Assembly: GCA_019244185.1 (NCBI GenBank)
Contig: JAFATB010000022.1
Location: 389,586 to 453,585, forward strand
Origin: Acidobacteriota bacterium
GTDB taxonomy: Bacteria > Acidobacteriota > Thermoanaerobaculia > Gp7-AA8
Reading direction: 5' to 3'
Length of the DNA stretch: 64,000 nucleotides
The notes under the pieces were generated by a model. The model did no database searches and had not been told where the DNA came from. It worked only from the letters and a program-made list of their open reading frames with translations. How positions within the stretch are numbered: position 1 is the stretch's first letter; the number at the start of each line of letters is the position of its first letter. The position numbers and the translations under genes are program-made. This document shows, piece by piece, positions 36,566-45,339 of this stretch.

Positions 36566-37402
36566 CTACTCGCTCGCTTTGCCGACTTGCGTTTCGCGGT
36601 CGCTCACCTTGAGGCGGTTGTGCACGTCGTGCACGCCGCCGCACGAATGGGCGATGTCGTCGGCGAGGCGCTTCTCCCAGCGGCTGCCGACGTGACCGGT
36701 GAGCGTGACCTCGCCGTTCTCCACGCTGACTTCGATGTCGGTGGCGTCGATGCCGTCGTGCTCGGTGAGGAGCTCGTTCACGATCTCGCGGATGCGCTCG
36801 TCGGAGCGGCGCCAGTTCTTCGGTCCGCGTCCGCGATAGCTCTCTCTCGCGGCGCCGCGGTCGCCGCGGTCACCGCCGTAGGCTGCCGCGCTGCCGCCGA
36901 GGCTGTCGTCGCCGTAGGTGCTGCGGGTCTGAGCGGGACCGTAGCCGACGCTGGCGACGCCGCGTCCACGCGAGCCGCTGCCCGCCCAGTCGCCGGACGC
37001 GCCGGTGCCGCCCCAGCGATCGTTCGCGTTGCCGCGGCCGGAATCGCCGCCGCGGTTGTAGTCGTCGCGGTTGGTGTCGTTGCGTGACGTTCCGCCGCGC
37101 GAGAAGAACGCGTCGCGATCGTAGTCGTTGCGTCCGAAATCCTCGCGGCCGGAATCGCCGCGCGTGTCGTAGTTGCCGCGGCCGCCGCCATCGCCGCGCG
37201 TGAACTCGTCGCGCGCGTAGTCATCGCGCGAACCGCCGCCGCTCCAGCCGCCCTCGCGGCCGTAGTCGTCGCGTGAGCCGCCGCCGCTCCAGCCGCCGTC
37301 GCGGGCGTAATCACCGCCGAAGTTGCTGCGCGTGCCGAACGGGCCGCCTGAAAATTCTCCGCGATCGCGCTCGTCACGGTCGCGGTCGTATCGATTGGGC
37401 AT
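36566..37402 (-). CDS. BON-domain protein with long disordered Arg/Asp/Gly/Tyr-rich N-terminal region
   Basis: C-terminal BON domain ([45 protein letters not shown]); N-term RDDY/RGG low complexity. Confidence 0.7.
   Translation of the reverse strand: MPNRYDRDRDERDRGEFSGGPFGTRSNFGGDYARDGGWSGGGSRDDYGREGGWSGGGSRDDYARDEFTRGDGGGRGNYDTRGDSGREDFGRNDYDRDAFFSRGGTSRNDTNRDDYNRGGDSGRGNANDRWGGTGASGDWAGSGSRGRGVASVGYGPAQTRSTYGDDSLGGSAAAYGGDRGDRGAARESYRGRGPKNWRRSDERIREIVNELLTEHDGIDATDIEVSVENGEVTLTGHVGSRWEKRLADDIAHSCGGVHDVHNRLKVSDRETQVGKASE
37217..37306. repeat. Two tandem 45-nt repeats inside BON-protein gene encoding ([15 protein letters not shown]) x2
   Basis: gtagtc(a/g)tcgcg(c/t)ga(a/g)ccgccgccgctccagccgcc(c/g)tcgcgg(c/g)c read twice in tandem. 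Confidence 0.6.
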
Positions 37403-37432
37403 AACTCCTCCTTCTGCACGATCTGCTGTGCA

Positions 37433-37720
37433 ATGAGCGTGCATCGATCGCGGTTGCGAAACGGCGTGACCGAATGCCGCGCCGGCTGCGGAGCCTGCTG
37501 CACCGCGCCCTCGATCTCGTCGCCGATTCCGGGCATGCCGCACGGCAAACCGGCGGGCGTGCGCTGCATCCACTTGACGGCGGAGCTCCGCTGCGCGATC
37601 TTCGCGCATCCCGAGCGTCCTGCCGTCTGCGCGAGCCTGCAGCCGTCGCGCGAGATGTGCGGGTCGGACGCGCGGGAGGCGTACGCGTATCTCGCGCGTC
37701 TCGAACGCAGCACGCGATGA
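37433..37720 (+). CDS. YkgJ/UPF0153-family putative Fe-S or zinc-chelating protein (CxxCGxCC)
   Basis: [17 protein letters not shown]...[16 protein letters not shown]...PAVCASLQP cysteine pattern; 4-nt overlap with GNAT gene. Confidence 0.55.
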   Translation: MSVHRSRLRNGVTECRAGCGACCTAPSISSPIPGMPHGKPAGVRCIHLTAELRCAIFAHPERPAVCASLQPSREMCGSDAREAYAYLARLERSTR

Positions 37721-38253
37721 ACATCCGCCGCGCGACGACCGACGATGCCGCGACGCTCGCCGAGCTCGGGCGGCGGACGTTCATCGACGCCTTCGGCGCG
37801 GACAATCATCCCGACGATCTCGCGCTCTACCTCGCGCGCACGTACGGCGAGCCGCAGCAGCAACGCGAGCTCGCCGATCCCGACATCCTCACGCTCGTCG
37901 CCGAGCAAGACGGACGCGCGATCGCGTTCGTACAAATGCGCCGCGGAGGCGAGCCGCCGCCGTGCGTCGACGGGCCCGCGCCCGTCGAGATCGCGCGCTT
38001 CTACGTCGACCGCGCGTTTCATGGACGCGGCGTCGCGCAGGCGCTGATGCGCGCCGCCTGCGACGCCGCAATCACGCACCTCGGCGGCGCGACGATCTGG
38101 CTCGGCGTCTGGGAGCGCAACCCGCGCGCGATCGCGTTCTACGGCAAGTGCGGCTTCGTCGACGTAGGCTCGCACCTGTTTCTCCTCGGCAACGACCTGC
38201 AGACGGACCGGCTCATGGTGCGCTCCGCGTCGCAGCCGTGGAGTACGATCTGA
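37717..38253 (+). CDS. GNAT-family N-acetyltransferase
   Basis: [23 protein letters not shown] acetyl-CoA binding motif (R/QxxGxG/A). Confidence 0.8.
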   Translation: MNIRRATTDDAATLAELGRRTFIDAFGADNHPDDLALYLARTYGEPQQQRELADPDILTLVAEQDGRAIAFVQMRRGGEPPPCVDGPAPVEIARFYVDRAFHGRGVAQALMRAACDAAITHLGGATIWLGVWERNPRAIAFYGKCGFVDVGSHLFLLGNDLQTDRLMVRSASQPWSTI

Positions 38254-38263
38254 CGCGACACCG

Positions 38264-38575
38264 ATGACCCTCTACCTCGAAGCGACGCTGCTCCTGCTTC
38301 CGACCGACACGGGCGGCCGCGCGGCCGCGGTGGAGCCGCGCGCCGGTTCGTACCTGCCGTATCTGCGCGCCGGCGGCCGCACGACGCGCGCGCGGCTGAT
38401 CGAAGGTCCGCCGCGACTCGCGCCGGGCGACGCCGCGCAGGTCGTCTTCGAGATCGAAGAGCACGCCGCCGCGGACGTGCATCCCGGCGCGGAGCTCGCG
38501 CTCCTCGAGCGCGACGCACGCGTCGTCGGCAGCGTCACCGTTTTGCGCGTCTGGGGGCGCGCTCTCGCCGTATGA
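38264..38575 (+). CDS. Small stand-alone protein resembling elongation factor Tu domain III beta-barrel
   Basis: LLPTDTGGRAAAVEPRAGSYLPYLRAGGRTTRARLIEG...PGDAAQVVFEIEEHAAADVHPGAELALLERDARVVGSVTV pattern parallels EF-Tu domain 3 (…EGGRHTPFF.GYRPQFYFRTTDVTG…REGGRTVGAG). Confidence 0.4.
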   Translation: MTLYLEATLLLLPTDTGGRAAAVEPRAGSYLPYLRAGGRTTRARLIEGPPRLAPGDAAQVVFEIEEHAAADVHPGAELALLERDARVVGSVTVLRVWGRALAV

Positions 38576-39051
38576 AAACGCTCGCGTTCTGTTCGCTTCT
38601 CCTCCTCGCCATCGGCTGCTCCTCATCGTCGAACACCGATCTCCTCGACCATCGCACGCTGCAGTGCGAAGCTGGCGACGACCTCGCCATCCAGGCCGGT
38701 CTTGAAGCGCCGACGCAGTCGACGAACGAGGCGTTCACCGGCTCGCTGACGATGCTCGTCAACGTCACGAACAACTCCCATCAGGACTACACGATCACCG
38801 CGATCCGCATCGATCCGGCGCAGAGCAGCAACGACAGCACCTACGACCTCATCAGCGCGTACCAGAAGGTGAATCAGGTGATCCCCGAAAACGAGGAGCA
38901 CCTGTTCCGCCTGCCGGTGAGCGGCCGTTCGCGCGGGTCTGCGTTCAGTCGGGAGCATGGCCGCCAGGGCGTGCCGTTCGTGCTGACCGTGCTCGCGTCG
39001 AACGGGGACCAGTACCGCTGCCAGTTCTCCGTGCCGGATCCTTCGTTCTAG
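38572..39051 (+). CDS. Lipoprotein, hypothetical
   Basis: MKTLAFCSLLLLAIGCSSS lipobox. Confidence 0.55.
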   Translation: MKTLAFCSLLLLAIGCSSSSNTDLLDHRTLQCEAGDDLAIQAGLEAPTQSTNEAFTGSLTMLVNVTNNSHQDYTITAIRIDPAQSSNDSTYDLISAYQKVNQVIPENEEHLFRLPVSGRSRGSAFSREHGRQGVPFVLTVLASNGDQYRCQFSVPDPSF

Positions 39052-39451
39052 GGTCCGCGCGGCGGGCGGTGGGGATCAGGTCGCCGAGGTAGGTGACGGC
39101 GAGCGTGTGATCGGGCTCGATGCCGGCGAGCGTCGCGCGCGCGTAGCCGCGCAGCACGAGCTCGCGGTTGATGAACAGCGCGTCGGGCGAGCGGTAGACG
39201 AGGAACGTGCCGTCGCCGGCGGGCTCGACGAGCACCCAAGACGACGGCTGCAGCGTCCAGCGCAACAGCTCGTGCGCGCGCAGCTCGTCGGAGATCGCGA
39301 CGCCGCCGATGTGGATCGACTCGCGCGCGCCGTTGCGCTCGATCGTGATCGTCCGCGCATCATCGACGGACACGACGCGCACCATGGCAGCCTCGGCGGA
39401 AACGGAAGCGAAGAGAAACAGGATGAAATACGTGCTCAGAAGTTTGTGCAT
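38945..39451 (-). CDS. Secreted SNase-like (thermonuclease-fold) domain protein, possibly degenerate
   Basis: signal peptide MHKLLSTYFILFLFASVSAEA; VRVVSVDDARTITIE...IHIGGVAISDE...VLVEPAGDGTFLVYRSPDALFINRELVLRGYARA follows SNase spacing; C-terminal 35 aa overlap convergent gene. Confidence 0.4.
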   Translation of the reverse strand: MHKLLSTYFILFLFASVSAEAAMVRVVSVDDARTITIERNGARESIHIGGVAISDELRAHELLRWTLQPSSWVLVEPAGDGTFLVYRSPDALFINRELVLRGYARATLAGIEPDHTLAVTYLGDLIPTARRADPRTKDPARRTGSGTGPRSTRARSARTARPGGHAPD

Positions 39452-39618
39452 GGACTCGTTGCGGGTCGCGGAGACGAGCATCGAGTGCGCGCGGAAAGGC
39501 GCGGATCGGAGGGAACGCGCGAGAGGATAGCACGACTTTACACGTTTCTCGCTAATTCGTTGATACGGCAGAGTTTCAGTGGCACTTTCCTCGCAAAATA
39601 GAAGCGTGGGAGGACACA

Positions 39619-39986
39619 TGGAAACCATCACAATGCCCAGCGGCAGCGAAGTCGAATCGGCGGCGTTTCATCCCGCGGTTCACGGCGTTGCAGCTTGTCC
39701 GACCGCGCATGCTCCCGGCATCCGCGGCCGTGTCGAACACCTCGAAGAACAAGGAATGGCGCGCGTGCGCGGCTGGAAACGTTCGCTCGCGACGCGCGGC
39801 AGCATGCTGAAGATCGATGCGAACGAGCGCGTGGCCACCATGCAGCGTTCGATGGGAACCAAACCGATGTTCTGGGCCGGCATCGCCGCCGGCGCGGGCT
39901 TCGGCGTCGGACTCGTCGGCCGCATCCTGCATGTGCGGCGGACCCGCCCCATGCCGGAGCTGATCGTCATCGACGCCACCTGCTGA
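39619..39986 (+). CDS. Small hypothetical membrane protein
   Basis: GGGAGGA RBS before ATG; C-terminal TM helix FWAGIAAGAGFGVGLVGRIL. Confidence 0.5.
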
Positions 39987-40219
39987 TTGCGCGCGTGCTG
40001 CGCGGCCTTGACGCCGCGCAGCGCGCTTCCTGCCACCGCGCGTCCTCGCCGCGCCTAACCTTTCCCACTTCATCGCGTCTGCGAAGCCGATGCGCGTGAC
40101 GGTTCCGCCACAGCTTTCCGTTGACGAAGAGGAGTTCGCTCGGCACGATGTGCGTGCACGCCGCGACGACGAACCGCCGCGCGGCGACGCGGGGTCGGTT
40201 GACGCCGTAAACAGCACGC

Positions 40220-40765
40220 ATGCGAAACACGAGCGAACGCATTCTCGACATCGCCGAGGAGATCTATCGGGCGGAGGGAGCGGAGACGCTCTCGATGCGC
40301 GGCGTGGCGGACCAGCTGGGGCTCTCCGCGACGGCGCTCTATCGCCACTACGACTCGAAGGAAGCGCTGCTCGACGCGGTGGCCGAGCGCGGCTTCCTCG
40401 AGCTCGCGGGCGCGTTCCAGCGCAGCAGCAGCCGCGAGCCGCGCGAGCGGCTGCGCGCGATCTTCGACGCCTTCCGCAACTTCGCCGTGAAGAAGCCGGC
40501 GCTTTTCGATCTCATGTTCTTCAGCCGCCGCAGCGGCGCGCGGCTGTTTCCGTCCGCGCTTCGCGCCGGTGCCTCGCCGAGCGGCTCGGTGCTGACGGAC
40601 GTGCTCACGGAGATGGGCGTCGACGACCCGGTCGAAATCGGCCTGCTCTTCTGGTCGACCGCGCAGGGACTGATCTCGCTCTATCGCGCCGGACGCTTCG
40701 AGAGCGAGCGGGCGTTCCGCCGCTCGTGGGACGGCTGCTTCCAGCGATTGCTGGCCACTGTCTGA
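40220..40765 (+). CDS. TetR/AcrR-family transcriptional regulator
   Basis: ILDIAEEIYRAEGAETLSMRGVADQLGLSATALYRHYDSKEALL HTH. Confidence 0.85.
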   Translation: MRNTSERILDIAEEIYRAEGAETLSMRGVADQLGLSATALYRHYDSKEALLDAVAERGFLELAGAFQRSSSREPRERLRAIFDAFRNFAVKKPALFDLMFFSRRSGARLFPSALRAGASPSGSVLTDVLTEMGVDDPVEIGLLFWSTAQGLISLYRAGRFESERAFRRSWDGCFQRLLATV

Positions 40766-40812
40766 AAGCGGGCGATCTGAAACCTTTTTTCGCCATTTAC
40801 GAACTGCTTCGT

Positions 40813-43038
40813 ATGCGACGAATGGGGTTGATGTTGTGGGCTCTTCTTCTGCTCGTGCGAACCGCCGCGGCGGCCGATGCGCCGGTGGCGCTCGTGAAGA
40901 CGACCGGCGCGATCACGATCGACGGCGATCTCTCCGATCCCGCGTGGAAGAACGCCACGAAGTTCGAGACGTGGTACGAGACGAACGTCGGCGACAACGT
41001 CACGCCCGACGTGCGCACCGTCGGCTACGTCACCTACGACAGCCACTTCCTCTACATCGCCATCGACATGGAAGATCCGCGTCCGGCGGACATCCGCGCG
41101 CCGTTCGGCGATCACGATCAGATCAGCGGCAACAGCGACGACTTCGCCGGCGTCATCATCGACACGCGCAACGACGGCAAGACCGGCTACGAGTTCTTCG
41201 TCACCGCGCGCGGCGTGCAATACGACGCGGTGCAGGACGACTCGAGCGGCAACGAGGATTCGTCGCCCGACTTCTTCTGGGACGCGGTGAGCCGCATCGA
41301 CGCGCGCGGCTGGACCACCGAGATCCGCATCCCGTTCTCGTCGCTGCGCTACGACAGCGCGAACCCGACGCAGTGGGGTTTCGATCTCTATCGCAACCGG
41401 CCGCGCGATCGCCGCTATCAGATCTTCACGAGCCGCAATCCGCGCAACGCGAACTGCTTCGTCTGCAACTTCAACAAGGTCACGGGACTCACCGATCTCC
41501 CGACCGGCAATCATCTCGTCGCCGCGCCGTACGTCACCGCGCAGCAGATCGGTGACCGCCCCAACGGTCTCATCACCGATCGCTTCGTGAACCACGACGT
41601 CGGCGGTGAGGCGGGCCTCGATCTGAAGTGGAGCCCCACGGCGGACATGGCCGTCGACGCGACCATCAATCCCGATTTCTCGCAGATCGAATCGGACGTC
41701 GCGGTGATCTCGACGAACGAGCGCTTCGCGATCTTCGTCCCCGAAAAGCGGCCATTTTTCCTCGAGGGCGTGGAGCTCTTTACGACGCCGATCCAGGCCG
41801 TCTACACGCGCACGATCACGTCGCCGCGCTGGGGCGCGCGCACGACCGGACGCAAGGGCGATTACGCGTACACCGTGCTCGTGACGGAAGACCGCGGCGG
41901 CGGCGACGTCATCGTGCCGTCGGCCTTCGGCTCCGATTTCGGGCAGCAGGATTTCTCGTCGCTCGTCGGCATCGCCCGCGTGCGCCGCGATTTCGGCAAG
42001 TCCTTCATCTCGTTCCTCGGCACGACGCGCAATGAAGAAGGGGGCGCGTACAACCGCGTCTTCGGCCCCGACTTCCAATGGCGTGTCAGCGAAGGCGACG
42101 TCGTCACCGGCCAGCTGCTCTTCAGCCAGAGCCAGACGCCCGATCGTCCGGACCTCAACGCGGAATGGGACGGCCGCAGTCTCGGCGGACACGCCGCGTA
42201 CGCCGTCTTCAATCACACGCGCGCGAAGTGGGATTACTACATCAACTATCACGACTACAGCGACGACTTCCGCGCCGATAACGGCTTCGTGCCGCAGGTC
42301 GGCTGGCGCGGCAGCTATACCGAAGGCGGACGCACGTTCCGTCCGACCGGCTTCTTCAACCGCATCCGCACGTATGCATTCGGCGAGTATCAGGAGACGC
42401 AGGACGGCCATCTGCTGTACCGCCAGGCGTCGACCGGCTTCGGCGCCGACGGCCGCTGGCGCTCGTTCACGCGCCTGCGCTACGCGCGCGAGTCCGTCGC
42501 CGTCGAGCGCGGCAAGGTGCTGGACATGGACCGCCTCTACTACACGCTGCAGTTCGGCCTGAGCAACATCCTCAGCCAGCTGACGCTCGACGGCTGGCTC
42601 GGCGACGACATCGACTTCACGAACCAGCGTCTCGGCCGCGGCGCGAACGTGACTCTCGAAGCGTCCGTGCGTCCGTCGCTGCATCTGCAGCTCGCGTTCA
42701 CGAACCAGGTGCGCTGGCTCAACGTCGCCGGCGACCGCCTCTTCACCGCGCAGGTCGAGCGCGTGCGCGCGACGTACACGTTCAATCCGCGCATGTTTCT
42801 CCGCACGATCGTCCAGAACGACCGCACGCACCGCGACGTCGCGCTCTACGGCTTCACCGACGACGACCGCTTCACCGGTTCGCTCGCCGCACAAATGCTC
42901 TTCGCCTACAAACTGAACTGGCAGACCGTCGCCTACATCGGCTTCGGCAACCTGCAGGACGCCGTCGGCTCGAGCGGAGACCTCATTCGCGGCAGCCGCC
43001 AGGTCTTCGCGAAGCTGAGCTACGCGTTTCAGCGGTAG
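40813..43038 (+). CDS. DUF5916 / carbohydrate-binding family 9-like secreted protein (paralog 2)
   Basis: signal peptide MRRMGLMLWALLLLVRTAAA; same domain order and many shared motifs with 22575-24728 (e.g. GWT.E.RIPFSSLRYDS, NPDFSQ.ESD, ERFAIF.PEKRPFFLEG). Confidence 0.75.
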   Translation: MRRMGLMLWALLLLVRTAAAADAPVALVKTTGAITIDGDLSDPAWKNATKFETWYETNVGDNVTPDVRTVGYVTYDSHFLYIAIDMEDPRPADIRAPFGDHDQISGNSDDFAGVIIDTRNDGKTGYEFFVTARGVQYDAVQDDSSGNEDSSPDFFWDAVSRIDARGWTTEIRIPFSSLRYDSANPTQWGFDLYRNRPRDRRYQIFTSRNPRNANCFVCNFNKVTGLTDLPTGNHLVAAPYVTAQQIGDRPNGLITDRFVNHDVGGEAGLDLKWSPTADMAVDATINPDFSQIESDVAVISTNERFAIFVPEKRPFFLEGVELFTTPIQAVYTRTITSPRWGARTTGRKGDYAYTVLVTEDRGGGDVIVPSAFGSDFGQQDFSSLVGIARVRRDFGKSFISFLGTTRNEEGGAYNRVFGPDFQWRVSEGDVVTGQLLFSQSQTPDRPDLNAEWDGRSLGGHAAYAVFNHTRAKWDYYINYHDYSDDFRADNGFVPQVGWRGSYTEGGRTFRPTGFFNRIRTYAFGEYQETQDGHLLYRQASTGFGADGRWRSFTRLRYARESVAVERGKVLDMDRLYYTLQFGLSNILSQLTLDGWLGDDIDFTNQRLGRGANVTLEASVRPSLHLQLAFTNQVRWLNVAGDRLFTAQVERVRATYTFNPRMFLRTIVQNDRTHRDVALYGFTDDDRFTGSLAAQMLFAYKLNWQTVAYIGFGNLQDAVGSSGDLIRGSRQVFAKLSYAFQR

Positions 43039-43094
43039 GGAAAGTCGCGCCGCGTCGCGGTATCCTTCGCCGAAAATTCGGTTCAGGAGCTCGC

Positions 43095-43619
43095 ATGAGA
43101 AAGTCAGTGGTCTCGATGGTGGTCGTGTTCACGCTCGGCATTGCGATCGGCGCGTTCGCGGCGAAGAAGGGCATCGACTCGTCGCTGTATCGTTCGAAGT
43201 CGAAGAAGGAAGCGGCGCAGGCGCTGCTCGAAGTGGCGAAGAAGCAGGCGGGGAAGGGCAGCTGGGAGCGCATCGGCGTCGGCCGCGTGTACTACCTCGG
43301 CGGCATGAAGGCCGAGGGGCAGGCGATCTTCGATGATGTGACCTCGCACAAGCCCGAGCCGACGGACTGGTGGCGCATCGGCCGCGTGTACTGGGAAGCG
43401 GGGGAGTGGGACAAGGCGCGCGATGCGTTCGAGCGTTCGCTCAAGGCCAACCCGAAAGACGACAAGGGACTCGCGGAGCTCGGCTCGTATTACCTGCTCA
43501 AGGGCGATCGCGCGAAAGCGGAGGAGCTGTTCGACAAGTCGTTCGACCTCGAGTCGGGCGAAGTGTGGAACACCGGCATGATCGCCGGCGCGTACCTCGG
43601 CGTGCATCCGCAGGAATGA
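43095..43619 (+). CDS. Secreted TPR-repeat protein
   Basis: signal/TM MRKSVVSMVVVFTLGIAIGAFA; TPR-like WWRIGRVYWEAGEWDKARDAFERSLKANP. Confidence 0.7.
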   Translation: MRKSVVSMVVVFTLGIAIGAFAAKKGIDSSLYRSKSKKEAAQALLEVAKKQAGKGSWERIGVGRVYYLGGMKAEGQAIFDDVTSHKPEPTDWWRIGRVYWEAGEWDKARDAFERSLKANPKDDKGLAELGSYYLLKGDRAKAEELFDKSFDLESGEVWNTGMIAGAYLGVHPQE

Positions 43620-43623
43620 CGCA

Positions 43624-45339
43624 CTAGGGCGCGCCGATGGCGCGCCGCACCGCACGAATGTCGCCGTCCAGCGGCCGGTCGTAAAAGACCGGCCGCGCGG
43701 CGCTGCGGATCGTGAGGTACAACGCGCGCGTTCCTTCGCCGAGCTGCGCGGCGATCTCATTCGCGCGATCGCGCACCGCGGCTTCGAACTGCTGCGCCTG
43801 CGCGTTCGCCTCGGCTTCGTTCGCGAGCTTCGTCGGCTTGTTCGGATCGATGTCGAACGCCGCGCGCCATTCGACGGCTTGCGCCGCCGCGAGCAGCTCG
43901 ATCGCGAGCACCGACTGCACGTTCGACAGCACCGTGCGCAGTTTGCGCGCGGCGTGCGTCGACATCGACACGTGGTCTTCCGTGTTCGCGCCGGTCGGGA
44001 TCGAGTCGACCGACGCGGGATGCGCGAGGACTTTATTCTCGGAGACGATCGACGCCGCGGTGTACTGCAGGATCATCAGCCCCGAATTCACGCCCGGTCG
44101 CGTGGTGAGGTTCTGCGGCAACCCGCGATTGTGATGGCCGTCGAGCATCAACTGCGTGCGGCGCTCGCTGATGTTCCCGAGTTCGTGAATGGCGATGGTG
44201 AGGAAGTCCGCCGCGAGCGCGAGCGGCTGACCGTGGAAGTTGCCGGCGGAGTACGCGAGCCGGCGATCGCCGTGATACCACTCCGGCCAGTTCGCGCGGA
44301 ACTGCAGGTCGAAGGGGTCGCCTTCGTCGGGGAAGAACAGCGGATTGTCGGTCGCCGCGTTGAGCTCGCGCTCCGCGGTCGCGCGCACGAAGCGCAACGT
44401 GTCGCGCGTCGCGCCGTGCACCTGCGGCGCGCAGCGCAGCGAATACGGATCCTGCACCGCGCCCGCGCGCTCGACGAGCCGGCTGCCGGCGAGCAGCGCG
44501 CCGATGCGTTGCGCGCTCTCGATCTGTCCCGGATGTCCGCGCTCCGCGTGCACTTTCGGATCGAGCGCGCGCGTGCAGCCGGCGAGCGCTTCGAGCGACA
44601 GCGCGGCCGCGGCGTCGGCATGATCGGCGAGCCGCTCCGCGTCGTACACCGCGAGCGCGAGCATCGCCGCGGAGAAGTTTGCACCGTTGACGAGGCCGAG
44701 TCCTTCCTTGAAGGTCGGCTTCAGTTCATCCGCGGAGAACCCGAGCACCTCGGGCAGCTCGCGCGCGGAACGGAGCGTGCGGTCGGAGGTCGTGTAGAAG
44801 CGGCCTTCTCCAAGCAGCGTGGCGAAGAGATGCGATAGCGGACAGAGATCGCCGCTCGCCCCGACCGAACCGCGCAGCGGGACGAGCGGAATCACGCCGC
44901 GGTTGAGCATCGCCCGCACGATCTCGACGAGCCGCATGCGCACGCCGCTGCGACCTTTGAGAAACGCGTTGAGCCGCGTGGCGAGCGCGCCGCGGACGAC
45001 TTCGGCGGGGTAGTAGTTTGCGAGATCGTCGGGATCGGAGTTGTCGCCGACGCCGACGGAATGCGAGAGCAGCAGGTTGCGCTGCAGCTGTTCGAGATCG
45101 TCCGGCGCGATCGGCTTGTCTTTGAATTCGCCGAAGCCGGTCGTGACGCCGTATTCGGAGATCTTGCCGCCCTGCGCGTATGCCTCGCGATGCTGCGCGA
45201 CGACGCGCGCGATCGCGGCTTCGCTGCGGCGCACGGCGGGCTCGGTCTTCGGATCGATGTCGACCGTGACCGACGGATCGCGGGCGATCGATGCGAGCTG
45301 CTCGATCGTCAGCGACGCGCCGTCGAGCACGACGTTCAT
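43624..45339 (-). CDS. hutH: Histidine ammonia-lyase (aromatic amino-acid lyase family, MIO cofactor)
   Basis: GSVGASGDLCPLSH (Ala-Ser-Gly MIO triad), 571 aa; start ATG overlaps hisS stop (ATGA). Confidence 0.85.
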   Translation of the reverse strand: MNVVLDGASLTIEQLASIARDPSVTVDIDPKTEPAVRRSEAAIARVVAQHREAYAQGGKISEYGVTTGFGEFKDKPIAPDDLEQLQRNLLLSHSVGVGDNSDPDDLANYYPAEVVRGALATRLNAFLKGRSGVRMRLVEIVRAMLNRGVIPLVPLRGSVGASGDLCPLSHLFATLLGEGRFYTTSDRTLRSARELPEVLGFSADELKPTFKEGLGLVNGANFSAAMLALAVYDAERLADHADAAAALSLEALAGCTRALDPKVHAERGHPGQIESAQRIGALLAGSRLVERAGAVQDPYSLRCAPQVHGATRDTLRFVRATAERELNAATDNPLFFPDEGDPFDLQFRANWPEWYHGDRRLAYSAGNFHGQPLALAADFLTIAIHELGNISERRTQLMLDGHHNRGLPQNLTTRPGVNSGLMILQYTAASIVSENKVLAHPASVDSIPTGANTEDHVSMSTHAARKLRTVLSNVQSVLAIELLAAAQAVEWRAAFDIDPNKPTKLANEAEANAQAQQFEAAVRDRANEIAAQLGEGTRALYLTIRSAARPVFYDRPLDGDIRAVRRAIGAP

